Assembly (NCBI GenBank): GCA_027492205.1
Contig: JAOZFN010000005.1
Span: 1-64,000, forward strand
Reading direction: 5' to 3'
Origin: Thermoproteota archaeon
GTDB lineage: Archaea > Korarchaeota > Korarchaeia > Korarchaeales > Korarchaeaceae
Length of the DNA stretch: 64,000 nucleotides
A program made the position numbers and the translations under genes. This document shows positions 37,826 to 48,093 of the stretch, one piece after another (within the stretch, counting starts at the first letter, position 1; each line of letters starts with the position of its first letter). The notes beneath the pieces are model-generated. The model did no database searches. It was not told where the DNA came from and saw nothing but the letters and a program-made list of their open reading frames with translations.

Positions 37826-38731
37826 TTGAAAGTGACCTTCCTAGGGACCAGCAGCGCCGTGCCCACCAAGGACAGATCCCTGACGTCCATAGCCCTAGTC
37901 ATGGACGGAGAGTACCTCCTCATCGACGCCGGGGAGGGCACCCAGAGGAGGATCATCGAGGCTGGCCTGGGGTTCGGTCGCCTCAATAGGATTTTCATCA
38001 CCCATCTCCACGGGGACCACTTCTTAGGGCTCTTTCCGCTCCTCCAGACGATGGGGATATTGCGTAGGACCAGGCCCTTGGAGGTCTTCTCTCCACCGGG
38101 GCTTGGCGCGCTGATCGACAGCCTCGCAAAGCATGCCTCTTTCAGAGTAGATTTCCCCCTCAAGCTCGTCGAGTTTAGCGGAGAGGCCAAGTTCGAATTC
38201 AAGAAGTACACGGTTAAGGTGTTCCCAGTAGAACACGGAGACACGCCGACGTTCGGGGTAAAGGTCGTGGAGAGGCCCAAACCAGGAAAACTAGACGTTG
38301 AACTGGCCGACAGGCTCGGTGTCCCCCCGATCATGCGAGGGCTGCTGAAGAAGGGTATCCCGGTCAGATTGCCCGATGGGAGAGTGGTCCGTCCCGAAGA
38401 GGTGGTCGGCCCCCCTAGGCCCGGCAAGACGGTGGTCTACTCATCCGACACGAGACCCACGGAGGGGGTGATCCAAGAGGCCACCGAGGCCGATTTGCTG
38501 ATCCATGACGCCACATTCACGTCCGATCTTGCCAACAGGGCCGAGGCGACCGGACACAGCACAGTTGAGGAGGCCTGCGAGGTCGCTCTCAAAGCGAGGG
38601 CGGCCAGGCTGGCCCTCACGCACTTTAGCGCCCGATACAAGGAAGAAGACCTCAAGGAGATAGAGGACCGCGCGAGGGCGATCTTCCCAAACGCGTTCGT
38701 GGCCAGGGACCTCATGACGATTGAGCTGTGA
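37826..38731 (+). CDS. rnz: Ribonuclease Z
   Basis: FLGTSSAVPT, DAGEGTQ, THLHGDH, SDTRP, HDATF, HFSARY. Confidence 0.96.
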   Translation: MKVTFLGTSSAVPTKDRSLTSIALVMDGEYLLIDAGEGTQRRIIEAGLGFGRLNRIFITHLHGDHFLGLFPLLQTMGILRRTRPLEVFSPPGLGALIDSLAKHASFRVDFPLKLVEFSGEAKFEFKKYTVKVFPVEHGDTPTFGVKVVERPKPGKLDVELADRLGVPPIMRGLLKKGIPVRLPDGRVVRPEEVVGPPRPGKTVVYSSDTRPTEGVIQEATEADLLIHDATFTSDLANRAEATGHSTVEEACEVALKARAARLALTHFSARYKEEDLKEIEDRARAIFPNAFVARDLMTIEL

Positions 38732-39227
38732 ACGCGCTACCACGAAGGGCGGCCCTGACCTCTGCCTGCGTAGTCTCCCTCACTATCCTCCCTCCCGAGG
38801 TCTTAGGGGCCAACCAGTCAAGGAACAGGGTGACATTACCCTCCATATGCTCGGGAAGGATTATCTCCAAGTGGATAGCCCCAAGCGGGCTCTCTTCCTC
38901 TCCTTCGCACAGCACAATGGAGCCAGAGAGCGCGGCCTGCTTGTGAATCAGCAGCTCCATGACGGCTCCCCGCAGAGATGACCGGAGAAGCATGCGGGCG
39001 GTGTCTAGGATTCTATTTGTCCGGAAAGAGCTGCGCAGCTTATACAGTTTGTCTAGGCCAGAGGTCTCAAATCCCATGAGCCGCGGCCAGCCCTCCCCAA
39101 GCTGATCGGGGAGTTCATCCCCTTCGCTGACGGGAACTACGTTCTTAATCGCCTTCAGTACCTTAGACGGGTTCTCTGTTCTGTTTACCCATGCCGAGAC
39201 GCGTATTCTCACCCTACCCTCACCCAT
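38712..39227 (-). CDS. UPF0201/DUF54 RNA-binding protein
   Basis: TENPSKVLKAI, RILDTAR, HKQAA, ESPLGAI, DWLAPKT. Confidence 0.82.
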   Translation of the reverse strand: MGEGRVRIRVSAWVNRTENPSKVLKAIKNVVPVSEGDELPDQLGEGWPRLMGFETSGLDKLYKLRSSFRTNRILDTARMLLRSSLRGAVMELLIHKQAALSGSIVLCEGEEESPLGAIHLEIILPEHMEGNVTLFLDWLAPKTSGGRIVRETTQAEVRAALRGSAFTAQSS

Positions 39228-39229
39228 AC

Positions 39230-39607
39230 TCACACCTCCAGGGAGAGGCACTCCTCCACCCTCACTGGGAGGCCCAGCCTAAGGTATCCCGCGACAGGCC
39301 AGCGGACGATGGTGGCGCCAAGCTGGCTCAGTTCAGACTCCAGCCTCTCTCTGATTTTCATCCCTTCTGAATCGAAGTCAGTCAGGATCACGTATCTTTT
39401 GCCGCAGACAGCCGGGGAACCCCCCACCCTCATTTCACGCGCTAGCTCGACAACCGTGATGAAGCGACCGCGTACCCCCAGTTTTACGAGAGCCTGAACG
39501 TCTCTCTTGCCTTCGACGACTATCAGAGTCCCCACCCGAACGGACTCCTCCGAGAGCGTCTTGGCCCAGCGCTTTATCCCCTCAACATCGAGCTGCGGCT
39601 TGGTCAT
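39230..39607 (-). CDS. Small Toprim-domain protein
   Basis: IVVEGKRD and ILTDFDSEG motifs. Confidence 0.85.
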   Translation of the reverse strand: MTKPQLDVEGIKRWAKTLSEESVRVGTLIVVEGKRDVQALVKLGVRGRFITVVELAREMRVGGSPAVCGKRYVILTDFDSEGMKIRERLESELSQLGATIVRWPVAGYLRLGLPVRVEECLSLEV

Positions 39608-39732
39608 TAGACATGTTCACCTTCCCTCTTCGTTTCCCAGGTCTTCATCGATCTCGTTCGACAGTATTGGGCACACAGATCCGTCAATAAACGATTATGA
39701 ACGATTAATTAAGTTCTCGGAATGTCGACCCG

Positions 39733-40893
39733 ATGCGCTGGTCGATAAATTCGACGTTCGTCGTTGCCGTCTGGTCGTTGGCCCTACTGTTAGTGCTGCC
39801 GCTTAAGACGCTACCAGTCAGTTGCGAGCCGACACCAGAGGAGCCTCCGTATTTGATTGAGTTCAAGGCCTATGTTGATGTCTCGAGCGATGACGCCTCC
39901 AGGGTCACCATATCGGGCACGCTCTTCAATCCGGCAGGCTCCAGAACGGCCGTCAAAGCGGTCTCTATCCCACTTGGGCCGGCCGAACTGATAAAACTGG
40001 ATCCGTCGAGCGTTTCGACGTCCGAGGGAGCGCGGGTCGAGATCCTCGATGGACAGGACGCCACGTCTCTCGTCGTAGTCCTTCCCTCTCCGGTACCCCC
40101 GGGCGAGAAGGGAGCCTTTCAGGTATCCTACGTCGTCCTGCCCGGCGGCTATGTCAAGCCCTGGATGCCCATCGGCGGCAACTCTACGGCCGGAGGTTAC
40201 AGAATGTTCAACTTCAACCTATACAACCCCAATTTGACCATGGTCCAGGGCATCACCGACGTGCAGGTCACAGTCCTCCTTCCCAGGGATGCCCTGCTCA
40301 CCCAGCTCAGCCCGCTCATGAACCTTTTCTATCCCAACAAGCCGGTGATCGAGGCGAATCTGGTTACCAGAAGGACGCAGGTCAGCTGGACAAATCTTAC
40401 GGTGGCGCCCGGCGAGGGCAGGCTCTTTATCGTTACCTATTCCCTGCTGGGAACCCCCAGCCCGCCGCCTCAGTCCCAGCAGAGTCCCCCAGGGAATACC
40501 ACGTCGGGCCAGGTAGCCCCCATGAGTATGGTCGTCCTGGTGGGGTCCAACGGCCTCGCAGCCCTGACCTCGGCCGCGCTCACTTACCTGCTGCTCAGGC
40601 GCAAATTGACGCAGCCCAGAGAGGCCCCCACGGTGAAGGAGGAGGCCCCGCCAAAGACGGTCCTCTCCCAACTCTCTCCGGAGGAGATGAAGATCCTGGA
40701 AACCGTGCAGGCGGCCGGTGGATCTGTATCCCAGCGGGATATCCCGCCCATGGTGGGCTTCTCTAAGAGCAAGGTCTCTAGAATGCTCAAGAGGCTGGAA
40801 GAACTTGGGTTGATAAATAGAACCACCCTGGGGAGGACCAAACTGATCGAACTATCTGAGACGGCCTCTCGATTGCTGAGTTCCTCGGATTAG
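39733..40893 (+). CDS. Membrane-spanning protein with extracellular domain and cytoplasmic wHTH
   Basis: Signal peptide, Pro/Gln/Ser linker, TM helix, SQRDI...FSKSKVSRMLKRLEELGLI. Confidence 0.8.
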   Translation: MRWSINSTFVVAVWSLALLLVLPLKTLPVSCEPTPEEPPYLIEFKAYVDVSSDDASRVTISGTLFNPAGSRTAVKAVSIPLGPAELIKLDPSSVSTSEGARVEILDGQDATSLVVVLPSPVPPGEKGAFQVSYVVLPGGYVKPWMPIGGNSTAGGYRMFNFNLYNPNLTMVQGITDVQVTVLLPRDALLTQLSPLMNLFYPNKPVIEANLVTRRTQVSWTNLTVAPGEGRLFIVTYSLLGTPSPPPQSQQSPPGNTTSGQVAPMSMVVLVGSNGLAALTSAALTYLLLRRKLTQPREAPTVKEEAPPKTVLSQLSPEEMKILETVQAAGGSVSQRDIPPMVGFSKSKVSRMLKRLEELGLINRTTLGRTKLIELSETASRLLSSSD

Positions 40894-40908
40894 GTCCCGG
40901 GTAAGAGG

Positions 40909-40997
40909 TGGTGCGGGGGGTGGGATTTGAACCCACGCGGGCCTACGCCCAGCGGATCTTGAGTCCGCCGCCTTGGACCAGGCTCGGCCACCCCCGC
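40909..40997 (-). tRNA. tRNA-Leu(CAA)
   Basis: GCGGGGG acceptor, GCGGA-CTCAAGA-TCCGC, long variable arm, CCA. Confidence 0.96.
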
Positions 40998-41025
40998 CCG
41001 TGTGTGCTGATAGTGAGAGGACCTC

Positions 41026-41853
41026 CTATTTGACGTTTTTGCGGGCCGACCACCTCCCGGCTCTCTCGACTATCCTCCCGTAGAACCCCTCTGGTTCCGG
41101 ATACGTCCTAGCAAATCTCGGCCCATCCCCGACGAGCCTGATCCTCGCCTCCCTCTGTAGTGGGACTTCAACTTGGCCGTCTATGATTCCGACGAGGTCC
41201 CTGTTGGACTCCACCCTCACCTCGATGTTCATGGGTGCAACGAAGGAGGTGACCGGCACTATCATGCTTGGCGGCCAGGCTGCCAGCGGGGCGGCCACCA
41301 GGGCGTCGACCCTGGGGTCGACTAGCGGTCCGCCAGCAGACAGCGAGTAAGCCATCGACCCCAGCGGGGTCGCGAATATCAAGCCATCCGCAATGAACGA
41401 GTTCACAAACGCCCCACCAACGTACACCGAGAGCTTGCTTGCCTTCCCCCTGATGCCACAGGCCAGCAGAACCTCGTTTAACGCGGGGGAAACCGGAACT
41501 CCCTCGAGCCGGACGGCTGGGTGCGTGACGACCTCATAGTCCCCCTCGACAAGCCTCCTGAGACCTTTCTGGAGGCTACCTTCATCCAACTCCATTAGGA
41601 GTCCGTACGTTCCGTCCTTGACGCCGATCAAAGGGAGGGCTCCCCTTGAGTCGTGATAGGCCTTTAGCAGGGTTCCATCACCGCCGATCGCCATGACGAT
41701 GGCGCCGGGCCTGGACTCGACCGGCGAGGGCTCTCTGAGTATCTCTACTCCGTGGTCAGAGAGGAACCTGACCGCCCTCTCGGCCAGCCTGGATGCCTCC
41801 GGGCTATCCTCCCTCACGTACAGGTGAACCCTCTCTATCGGGTGAGCTCTCAT
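41026..41853 (-). CDS. NAD kinase
   Basis: GGDGTLL, ALNE, DGLIFATPLGSMAYSLSAGGP. Confidence 0.92.
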   Translation of the reverse strand: MRAHPIERVHLYVREDSPEASRLAERAVRFLSDHGVEILREPSPVESRPGAIVMAIGGDGTLLKAYHDSRGALPLIGVKDGTYGLLMELDEGSLQKGLRRLVEGDYEVVTHPAVRLEGVPVSPALNEVLLACGIRGKASKLSVYVGGAFVNSFIADGLIFATPLGSMAYSLSAGGPLVDPRVDALVAAPLAAWPPSMIVPVTSFVAPMNIEVRVESNRDLVGIIDGQVEVPLQREARIRLVGDGPRFARTYPEPEGFYGRIVERAGRWSARKNVK

Positions 41854-41904
41854 GAGGCTCGCGATCCCTGGCTTCAGCCAAGTTATTAGGCTGAGGCCCT
41901 CACC

Positions 41905-42480
41905 TTGCAGAAGGTGGGACTCCTACCCACGCTGTCGGCCGAGACGTCAAATCTGCTGATTAGTCTCTCAGAGATCCGAGTGAAGGTGATTAAGACTGTA
42001 GAGGGCCTTCCTGAGGAGTTCCCATGGCCGCTGAAGAAGGGCATGGAGATCGACGTCCCCGCGTGGCTGGCCGACACTCTAACATCGCTGGGAGTCGCAG
42101 AATATGCGGACCCCTTGGACCTCAAGTCATTCGAAACCCTTCTCAGTAAGGAGCTGGTGACCTCCCGCCTCACGAGACTCCCGCCGGCTACGTTCACATG
42201 GTTCCTGCGAGAGAGAAAGAAGATCGAGGTCGAGGCAGGCGATCCGCTCGCCGCGCGAAGGCTCTACATAACCGGGCGGGACCTGATCAAGAAGAGACTG
42301 TCTAAGGCCCTCAGATACGCTGTTCTGGCAACCGAATCTGAGGTCGTCGAAAAGAGGCTTGTAGAGAGGCTAACTCCACCTGAACGAGTTGTCTACGCTC
42401 AGATCAGGCTTATAATCGGTAGGTGGATAAGCTTACTCTTGGGCGAGAAGGGGGAGGATGGGGGAGACCGCGGAGTTTGA
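41905..42480 (+). CDS. GINS subunit (Gins23-like)
   Basis: DVPAWLA, RLSKAL, LTPPER; overlaps the MCM start. Confidence 0.75.
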   Translation: MQKVGLLPTLSAETSNLLISLSEIRVKVIKTVEGLPEEFPWPLKKGMEIDVPAWLADTLTSLGVAEYADPLDLKSFETLLSKELVTSRLTRLPPATFTWFLRERKKIEVEAGDPLAARRLYITGRDLIKKRLSKALRYAVLATESEVVEKRLVERLTPPERVVYAQIRLIIGRWISLLLGEKGEDGGDRGV

Positions 42481-45400
42481 CGGGGACCTGGTCGCCGTCT
42501 ACGAGGATTTCATCGTCACGTTCGTTGACGAGGCCGGGGAGAGGAAGTATCTTAACAAGATACCGGAGATGGTGGAGTCTCGAAAGAGATCCCTGAGGGT
42601 GGACTACCAAGACCTCTTCTCCCACCTCCCCTCCAGGGAAATTGCGAAGGATCTGCTGGTGAACCCACAGCGTCACCTCGAGGCCGCCTCCCTGGCCTTG
42701 GCTAGATTAGTAAGGAGGTACGGCGACATCTCCGGGGAGGAGTTAGAGCTTTACGCTTCCGGTAAGTTCCACGTCAGGTTCTACAACCTACCCACGACGG
42801 CGTCCATAAGAGACCTCCCATCCTACTCCCTCGGAAGGTTTGTCCAACTCTCCGGAATAGTCATCCGCGTCTCCGACGTATTCGACAAGCCAGTGAAGAT
42901 CGCCTACGTGTGCCGGAACCCAGACTGCCCGGACTACGGAGTTCCGCTCCTTTTAGATCCCATGGAACCCAAACCAAAGACCTGCCCGACCTGCGGGAAA
43001 GCCACACTAAAGAGGGACTTGGAGAAGACCGAGCTGGTCAGCTGGCAGGTTATTCGGGTTCAGGAGCGGCCTGAGGACCTCCCGCCTGGAGCCATGCCTA
43101 AGCACGTAGATGCCATCCTAACCGACGACCTCGTCGACGAGGTCAAGCCGGGCGACCGGGTGACTCTCACCGCCATAATCAACCTTCGTCCGGCGCGTCG
43201 GCAAGAAGACTCCGGTTACGGCATCCTGTTCAAGAGGTACCTCGTCGTGAACGATGTGGAGGTTCCGACAAGGACGTACGAGAAGATCGAGATAACACCG
43301 GAGGACGAGAGAGCGATATTGGAGTTAGCGCGTGACTCCAAGCTCGAGGAGAAGATCGTCGACTCGATAGCTCCTTCGATCTACGGCCACAGGATCAAGA
43401 AGAAGGCGATAGCCCTGGCCCTCTTCGGAGGGAACCCGGTAGTCCTTCCGGATGGGACCCGAATAAGGGGCGAGATTAACCTCCTCTTCGTGGGAGATCC
43501 GGGCACGGCGAAGTGCGTGAGTAGAGACACGCTGGTGTTAACCAAAGATGGCCCGACTCGAGTGGACTCGCTCATAGACGAGTCTACGGCGTTTGATGCC
43601 CCAGACGGGAAGGTCAGCAGGGTCAACACGAGGGTTCTCTCCATGTCTCCGACTCTCTCCTTGGATTGGGTGGACCCCACGGCGGCCGCAAAGCGCTCTC
43701 AGAACAGCGATCTCTTGGAGGTCCGCACCAAGACCGGCCTGCGGATTAAGGTGACAAAGAACCACCCGTTTCTTGTCCTAGACACCGACGGCTACGTTAA
43801 GTACCTCCCGGCGTCTGAGCTGAGGCCGGGTAGCTTTGTAGCCATCGTGGGCAGCTTTCAGCCGCCGAACGTTCATCCTCCCGTCACCCACTGGATCCAG
43901 ATCACACCTTCCCTCATGGAACTCCTCGGAATCTTGCTCACCAGGGCGAGGATCCTCGACGCCGGTCGAGGGAGAGAATACCATCTTCTACTGCCACCAA
44001 GCGCCGCGCAGAGATTTGCCGAGCTGGCCAAAGAAGTCGGAGTCGTAAGGTTGGAGGAGCACGGAAGGCTCTGTCACGTGAGGCTCCGCGTGAAGAAGAG
44101 GCTGGCAGCTGATCTCTCGAGACTGATACCCACACTTGACGGCCACCCGAGCACCCGCGAAATCCCATTTTGGATCGTCTCAGCCGAAGTTTCTCACCTA
44201 GTAGCCTTCCTGAAGGGATATCTCAGGGCAGAGTCGTCCTACCTAAAGAAGACTCGTTGTCTGGCAATCGTGGCCCGCAATCCGAAGATCATGCATCAGC
44301 TCCGCCTGATCCTCTCCAGGCTGGGCGTGACACACCCCAGGATTCAGCCCTCCAAGTCGGGCCATCGACTCCTCTTGTCGGCCTCTCAGATCTCCGTCCT
44401 CAACCAAAACGTTGATCTATCCGAGATCCTGCCAGCGGAGGCGTTAATCAAGCGAGACACAGGTGGTTCCGATCTAAGCGACAAGATCCCGCACGTAGGG
44501 AAGATCCTCCACCGGATAAGGCGATCACTCGGCGTCTCCCGGGAAAAGCTGGGAATTCCGATCTCCACGCTCATACGGTACGAGAGGGGTCTCGCCCACA
44601 TCCCCAGGTCTCGCCTCAGGAAGGTCTTGCTGGAGCTCGAGAGGGCCGCGGGGGACCTCCTCAGGTCATACCCAACAGGACGGGAGATCAGGCGTGAGCT
44701 GGCCTACCTCAACATGCTAGTTGAGTCTGACGTGGCCTGGGATGAGGTGGAGTCCGTCAGGACGGTCCACGGGGACGGCTGGGTGTACGACGTGGAGGTT
44801 CCCTACAACAGGAACTTCGTAGCGAACGGCTTCATCGTACACAACAGCCAGCTGCTCAAGTACACTGCTCAGATAGCGCCGAGAGGACTCTACACTACGG
44901 GCAAGGGGGCAACGGCCGCAGGGTTGACCGCTGCGGTCGTCCGCGACGCGGCGACGGGCGGATGGACGCTGGAGGCGGGCGCACTGGTTCTGGCGGACAG
45001 GGGGGTCGCCTGCATAGACGAGTTCGACAAGATGAACGAGAATGACAGGAGGGCGATCCACGAAGCCATGGAGCAGCAGACGATATCCATAGCGAAGGCG
45101 GGGATAGTGGCAACGCTGAATGCCAGAACGACCATAATCGCGGCCGCCAACCCGAAGTATGGTAGGTACGATCCTTTGAGGAGCCCTGCCGAGAACATAA
45201 ACCTCCCGCCCACGATCCTCTCGAGGTTTGACCTGATCTACTTGATCAAGGACGTGCCGGAGGAGGACTACGACGCCGGGGTTGCGGACCACATTCTGAA
45301 GGCTAGAATGGGCGTAAACCCGGACGTGGAGCCCGCCATCCCACCAGACCTCCTGAAGAAGTACGTAGCGTACGCCCGCCAAAGAATAAGGCCCCAGATG

Positions 45401-45916
45401 ACTGAGGAAGCCTCTAGGGTGATCAGGGAATTCTACCTGAGCATGAGGAGAGAGGTCGGAAAGCTGGCGGGTGAGATGGAGGGGCCGCTCCCAATTCCGC
45501 TCACCGCCAGGCAGCTGGAGGCCCTGATAAGGCTGGCCGAGGCCAGGGCGAGGATGTTCCTTCGATCCTACGTCACGGAGGAGGACGCCCTGACGGCGGT
45601 CGAGCTCATGAGGGAGATGCTCTACGACGTCGGCCTCGATCGGACCACCGGGATGCCAGACATGACGGGCGTCGTTGGGGCGTACATGTCGGCCACTAGG
45701 AGGCGGGAGGAGCTGATGAAGCTCCTGAACGAGATGGCGACAAAGGCGGACTCGAGGATGGTCTCGGAGGAGGAATTCATCAGGGAAGCGATGGAGGTCC
45801 TCCAGATCGAGGAGAGAATTGTGAGGAACGAGATCCGCGTCCTCAGGGAGAACGGGCTCATATACTCCCCAAGGCCTGGATTCCTGAAGCCCGCGTCGGG
45901 CTCCACGGCGCTATAG
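42458..45916 (+). CDS. mcm: MCM replicative helicase containing an intein
   Basis: IAPSIYG, GDPGTAK|SQLL, LEAGALVLAD, IDEFDKM, LSRFD, ARQLEAL. Confidence 0.97.
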   Translation: MGETAEFDGDLVAVYEDFIVTFVDEAGERKYLNKIPEMVESRKRSLRVDYQDLFSHLPSREIAKDLLVNPQRHLEAASLALARLVRRYGDISGEELELYASGKFHVRFYNLPTTASIRDLPSYSLGRFVQLSGIVIRVSDVFDKPVKIAYVCRNPDCPDYGVPLLLDPMEPKPKTCPTCGKATLKRDLEKTELVSWQVIRVQERPEDLPPGAMPKHVDAILTDDLVDEVKPGDRVTLTAIINLRPARRQEDSGYGILFKRYLVVNDVEVPTRTYEKIEITPEDERAILELARDSKLEEKIVDSIAPSIYGHRIKKKAIALALFGGNPVVLPDGTRIRGEINLLFVGDPGTAKCVSRDTLVLTKDGPTRVDSLIDESTAFDAPDGKVSRVNTRVLSMSPTLSLDWVDPTAAAKRSQNSDLLEVRTKTGLRIKVTKNHPFLVLDTDGYVKYLPASELRPGSFVAIVGSFQPPNVHPPVTHWIQITPSLMELLGILLTRARILDAGRGREYHLLLPPSAAQRFAELAKEVGVVRLEEHGRLCHVRLRVKKRLAADLSRLIPTLDGHPSTREIPFWIVSAEVSHLVAFLKGYLRAESSYLKKTRCLAIVARNPKIMHQLRLILSRLGVTHPRIQPSKSGHRLLLSASQISVLNQNVDLSEILPAEALIKRDTGGSDLSDKIPHVGKILHRIRRSLGVSREKLGIPISTLIRYERGLAHIPRSRLRKVLLELERAAGDLLRSYPTGREIRRELAYLNMLVESDVAWDEVESVRTVHGDGWVYDVEVPYNRNFVANGFIVHNSQLLKYTAQIAPRGLYTTGKGATAAGLTAAVVRDAATGGWTLEAGALVLADRGVACIDEFDKMNENDRRAIHEAMEQQTISIAKAGIVATLNARTTIIAAANPKYGRYDPLRSPAENINLPPTILSRFDLIYLIKDVPEEDYDAGVADHILKARMGVNPDVEPAIPPDLLKKYVAYARQRIRPQMTEEASRVIREFYLSMRREVGKLAGEMEGPLPIPLTARQLEALIRLAEARARMFLRSYVTEEDALTAVELMREMLYDVGLDRTTGMPDMTGVVGAYMSATRRREELMKLLNEMATKADSRMVSEEEFIREAMEVLQIEERIVRNEIRVLRENGLIYSPRPGFLKPASGSTAL
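43514..44845 (+). mobile_element. Intein (444 aa) in MCM Walker A site
   Basis: Starts CVSRDT, block B TKNHPF, ends VYDVEV..NFVANGFIVHN followed by Ser; degenerate LAGLIDADG and XRE-HTH inside. Confidence 0.95.
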
Positions 45917-45932
45917 AAGGAGGAGCAGCCTG

Positions 45933-48089
45933 ATGTCCGTTCGAGACCTCCTACCTCCGGAAGTCGCGGACATCCTCACCGAGTGGGGCATCTCAGAACT
46001 CTTCCCGCCGCAGGTGGAGGTGGCCCGGAGGGGACTGGTGAGGAAGGGCAACTTCGTGCTCGCATCCCCGACGGCCAGCGGCAAGACCTTGGCCGCCGAG
46101 ATCGCCGCACTGCACGACCTCTTACACGAGGGAAAATGCGTTTACGTGGTTCCCCTCAGGGCGATCGCATCTGAGAAGTACGAGTCGTTTAGGGCGCGAT
46201 ACGGGCCCCTCGGGTTCTCCGTCAGGATGTCCGTGGGAGACTACGACTCCTCGGAGGAGCCTCTGGGCAGGCACGACGTGATTATCACCACCTACGAGAA
46301 GCTAGACTCGATAATCCGCCACGATCCAGCCTGGCTCTCCGAGCTCACGACCGCGGTCTTCGACGAGATACACTTCGCCCACGACTCCGAGAGGGGGCCG
46401 ACCATTGAGATGACCGTGGCGAAGCTCATCGACTCCAACCCCAACATCAGGAGAATCGCCCTCTCGGCCACGGTCGCCAATCTGGAAGAGGTGTCTGCCT
46501 GGCTCGAGGCCGAGCCGATCTCAGTCCCCTGGAGACCGGTCCCCCTGAGGGTGGGCGCCTACTCAAGGTCGGGCGGGATCATCCTCTGGGAGGATGGGGG
46601 GGAGGAGAAGATTCCTAGGAGGACGGGGATGCCAGAAGTGGATCTCGCACTGAGGTCCGCCCGCGACGGCGGACAAGTCCTCATCTTCTACCCAACTAGG
46701 AGATCATCGGTCGCGGGCGCCTTCAAGGTTGCCAGGGCCCTGTCGGCTCACATGATTGGGTTCGACAGAGACGCCACCCGGGAGCTGGCCGAATCCATCC
46801 TGAGCCTAGAGCCGAGGACGCGCCTCCTGGAGAAGCTGGCTGAGGCATGTAGAGGGGGGGCCGCATTCCACCACGCGGGCCTTCCTTACAAGGCCAGGCG
46901 GACGGTGGAGGAAGCGTTCAGGAGGGGCGTACTGCTCGCGATAGCGGCCACCCCGACTCTCGCGGCCGGGGTAAATCTCCCCGCCAGGACGGTCGTGATA
47001 AAGAGCCACAAGAGGTACGACCGCACCAAGGGGAGGCAGGCCCCCATAACGGTCATGGAGTTTCACCAAATGGCAGGGAGGGCCGGCAGACCCGGATTCG
47101 ACGAGGTCGGCGAGGCCATAGTCGTCGCTTCAAGTCAAAAGGACGCTGAGGAGCTGCTCAGAGAGTACTCGGCGGGGAAAATCGAACCAATAGTCTCCAA
47201 GCTCGACGACCCCCACAAGTTCAGGACGCACCTTCTCTCCCTCATAGTTCTCAAGTCTCCAGCGTCGGCGAGGGATGTGTCCACGGTGTTGGAGCGCACC
47301 CTCCTCCACATTCAGGCCGGTGAGGAGGTGGTGTCTCGGCTGATACCGCCGGCCCTGGACTTTCTCGTTCGAGAGGGCTTCGTGAGGGAGGTCTCCGGTG
47401 GTAGGTTGGCGGCCACGATGTTCGGCATCAGGACCGCTCAGCTCTACGTGGACCCGGTGTCCGCCCTGATGATGGCCAAGGCGTCCGAGAGACTGTTGTC
47501 CGTGGACGAGAGAGTGAGGGACGCGTCGGCGCTCCACCTGATAGGTCTCCTCCCAGACATGTACAAGGCGCCCGTCAGATCCAGGGAGCCCCCTGAGGTT
47601 GAGGAACTTTTGGAGGAAATTGAACCGCTGATACCACCGGAGGAACTCCCGCTTGAGGTTACCTTCAGCTGGTTCTCGGCCGTGAAGATGGCCGCCGTGC
47701 TCAGGGCATGGATCGAGGAAGCGCCCGAGGCCCTCATCGAGGAGACATACGGCGTCGAGCCGGGAGACCTGAGGAGCTACGTGGAGGTTGCGACCTGGCT
47801 GGCGTACGCGTTTTCCGAGATAGCCAGGCTGTTTGGTAGGCCGAAGGAGGCCGCATATTTGAGGAACCTATCCGCGAGGCTGGAGGCTGGGGTGAAGCAG
47901 GAGATACTCCACCTGACCAGGATTCCGGGCGTCGGCAGGAGGAGGGCGAGGCTCCTGTACTCGGCTGGGTTCAAGACGCTAGAGGACCTGGCAAAGGCGA
48001 GCCCGAAGGCACTCCAGGCCATCCCCGGTATAGGCCCCAAGCTGGCCGAGAATATCATAAGGGAGGCAGCCGCCCTCCTGCCGAGGTGA
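45933..48089 (+). CDS. hel308: Hel308/Hjm SF2 helicase
   Basis: LFPPQ, PTASGKT, DEIH, LSAT, FHHAGL, TLAAGVNLPA, QMAGRAGRP, C-terminal HhH. Confidence 0.95.
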   Translation: MSVRDLLPPEVADILTEWGISELFPPQVEVARRGLVRKGNFVLASPTASGKTLAAEIAALHDLLHEGKCVYVVPLRAIASEKYESFRARYGPLGFSVRMSVGDYDSSEEPLGRHDVIITTYEKLDSIIRHDPAWLSELTTAVFDEIHFAHDSERGPTIEMTVAKLIDSNPNIRRIALSATVANLEEVSAWLEAEPISVPWRPVPLRVGAYSRSGGIILWEDGGEEKIPRRTGMPEVDLALRSARDGGQVLIFYPTRRSSVAGAFKVARALSAHMIGFDRDATRELAESILSLEPRTRLLEKLAEACRGGAAFHHAGLPYKARRTVEEAFRRGVLLAIAATPTLAAGVNLPARTVVIKSHKRYDRTKGRQAPITVMEFHQMAGRAGRPGFDEVGEAIVVASSQKDAEELLREYSAGKIEPIVSKLDDPHKFRTHLLSLIVLKSPASARDVSTVLERTLLHIQAGEEVVSRLIPPALDFLVREGFVREVSGGRLAATMFGIRTAQLYVDPVSALMMAKASERLLSVDERVRDASALHLIGLLPDMYKAPVRSREPPEVEELLEEIEPLIPPEELPLEVTFSWFSAVKMAAVLRAWIEEAPEALIEETYGVEPGDLRSYVEVATWLAYAFSEIARLFGRPKEAAYLRNLSARLEAGVKQEILHLTRIPGVGRRRARLLYSAGFKTLEDLAKASPKALQAIPGIGPKLAENIIREAAALLPR

Positions 48090-48093
48090 CGCC

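Noticed and set aside
39608-39732. Possible sRNA or micro-ORF between the Toprim gene and the membrane regulator
   Set aside because: Only a partial C-box-like CGATGA without proper D/D' boxes; tiny ORFs unsupported; consistent with divergent promoters
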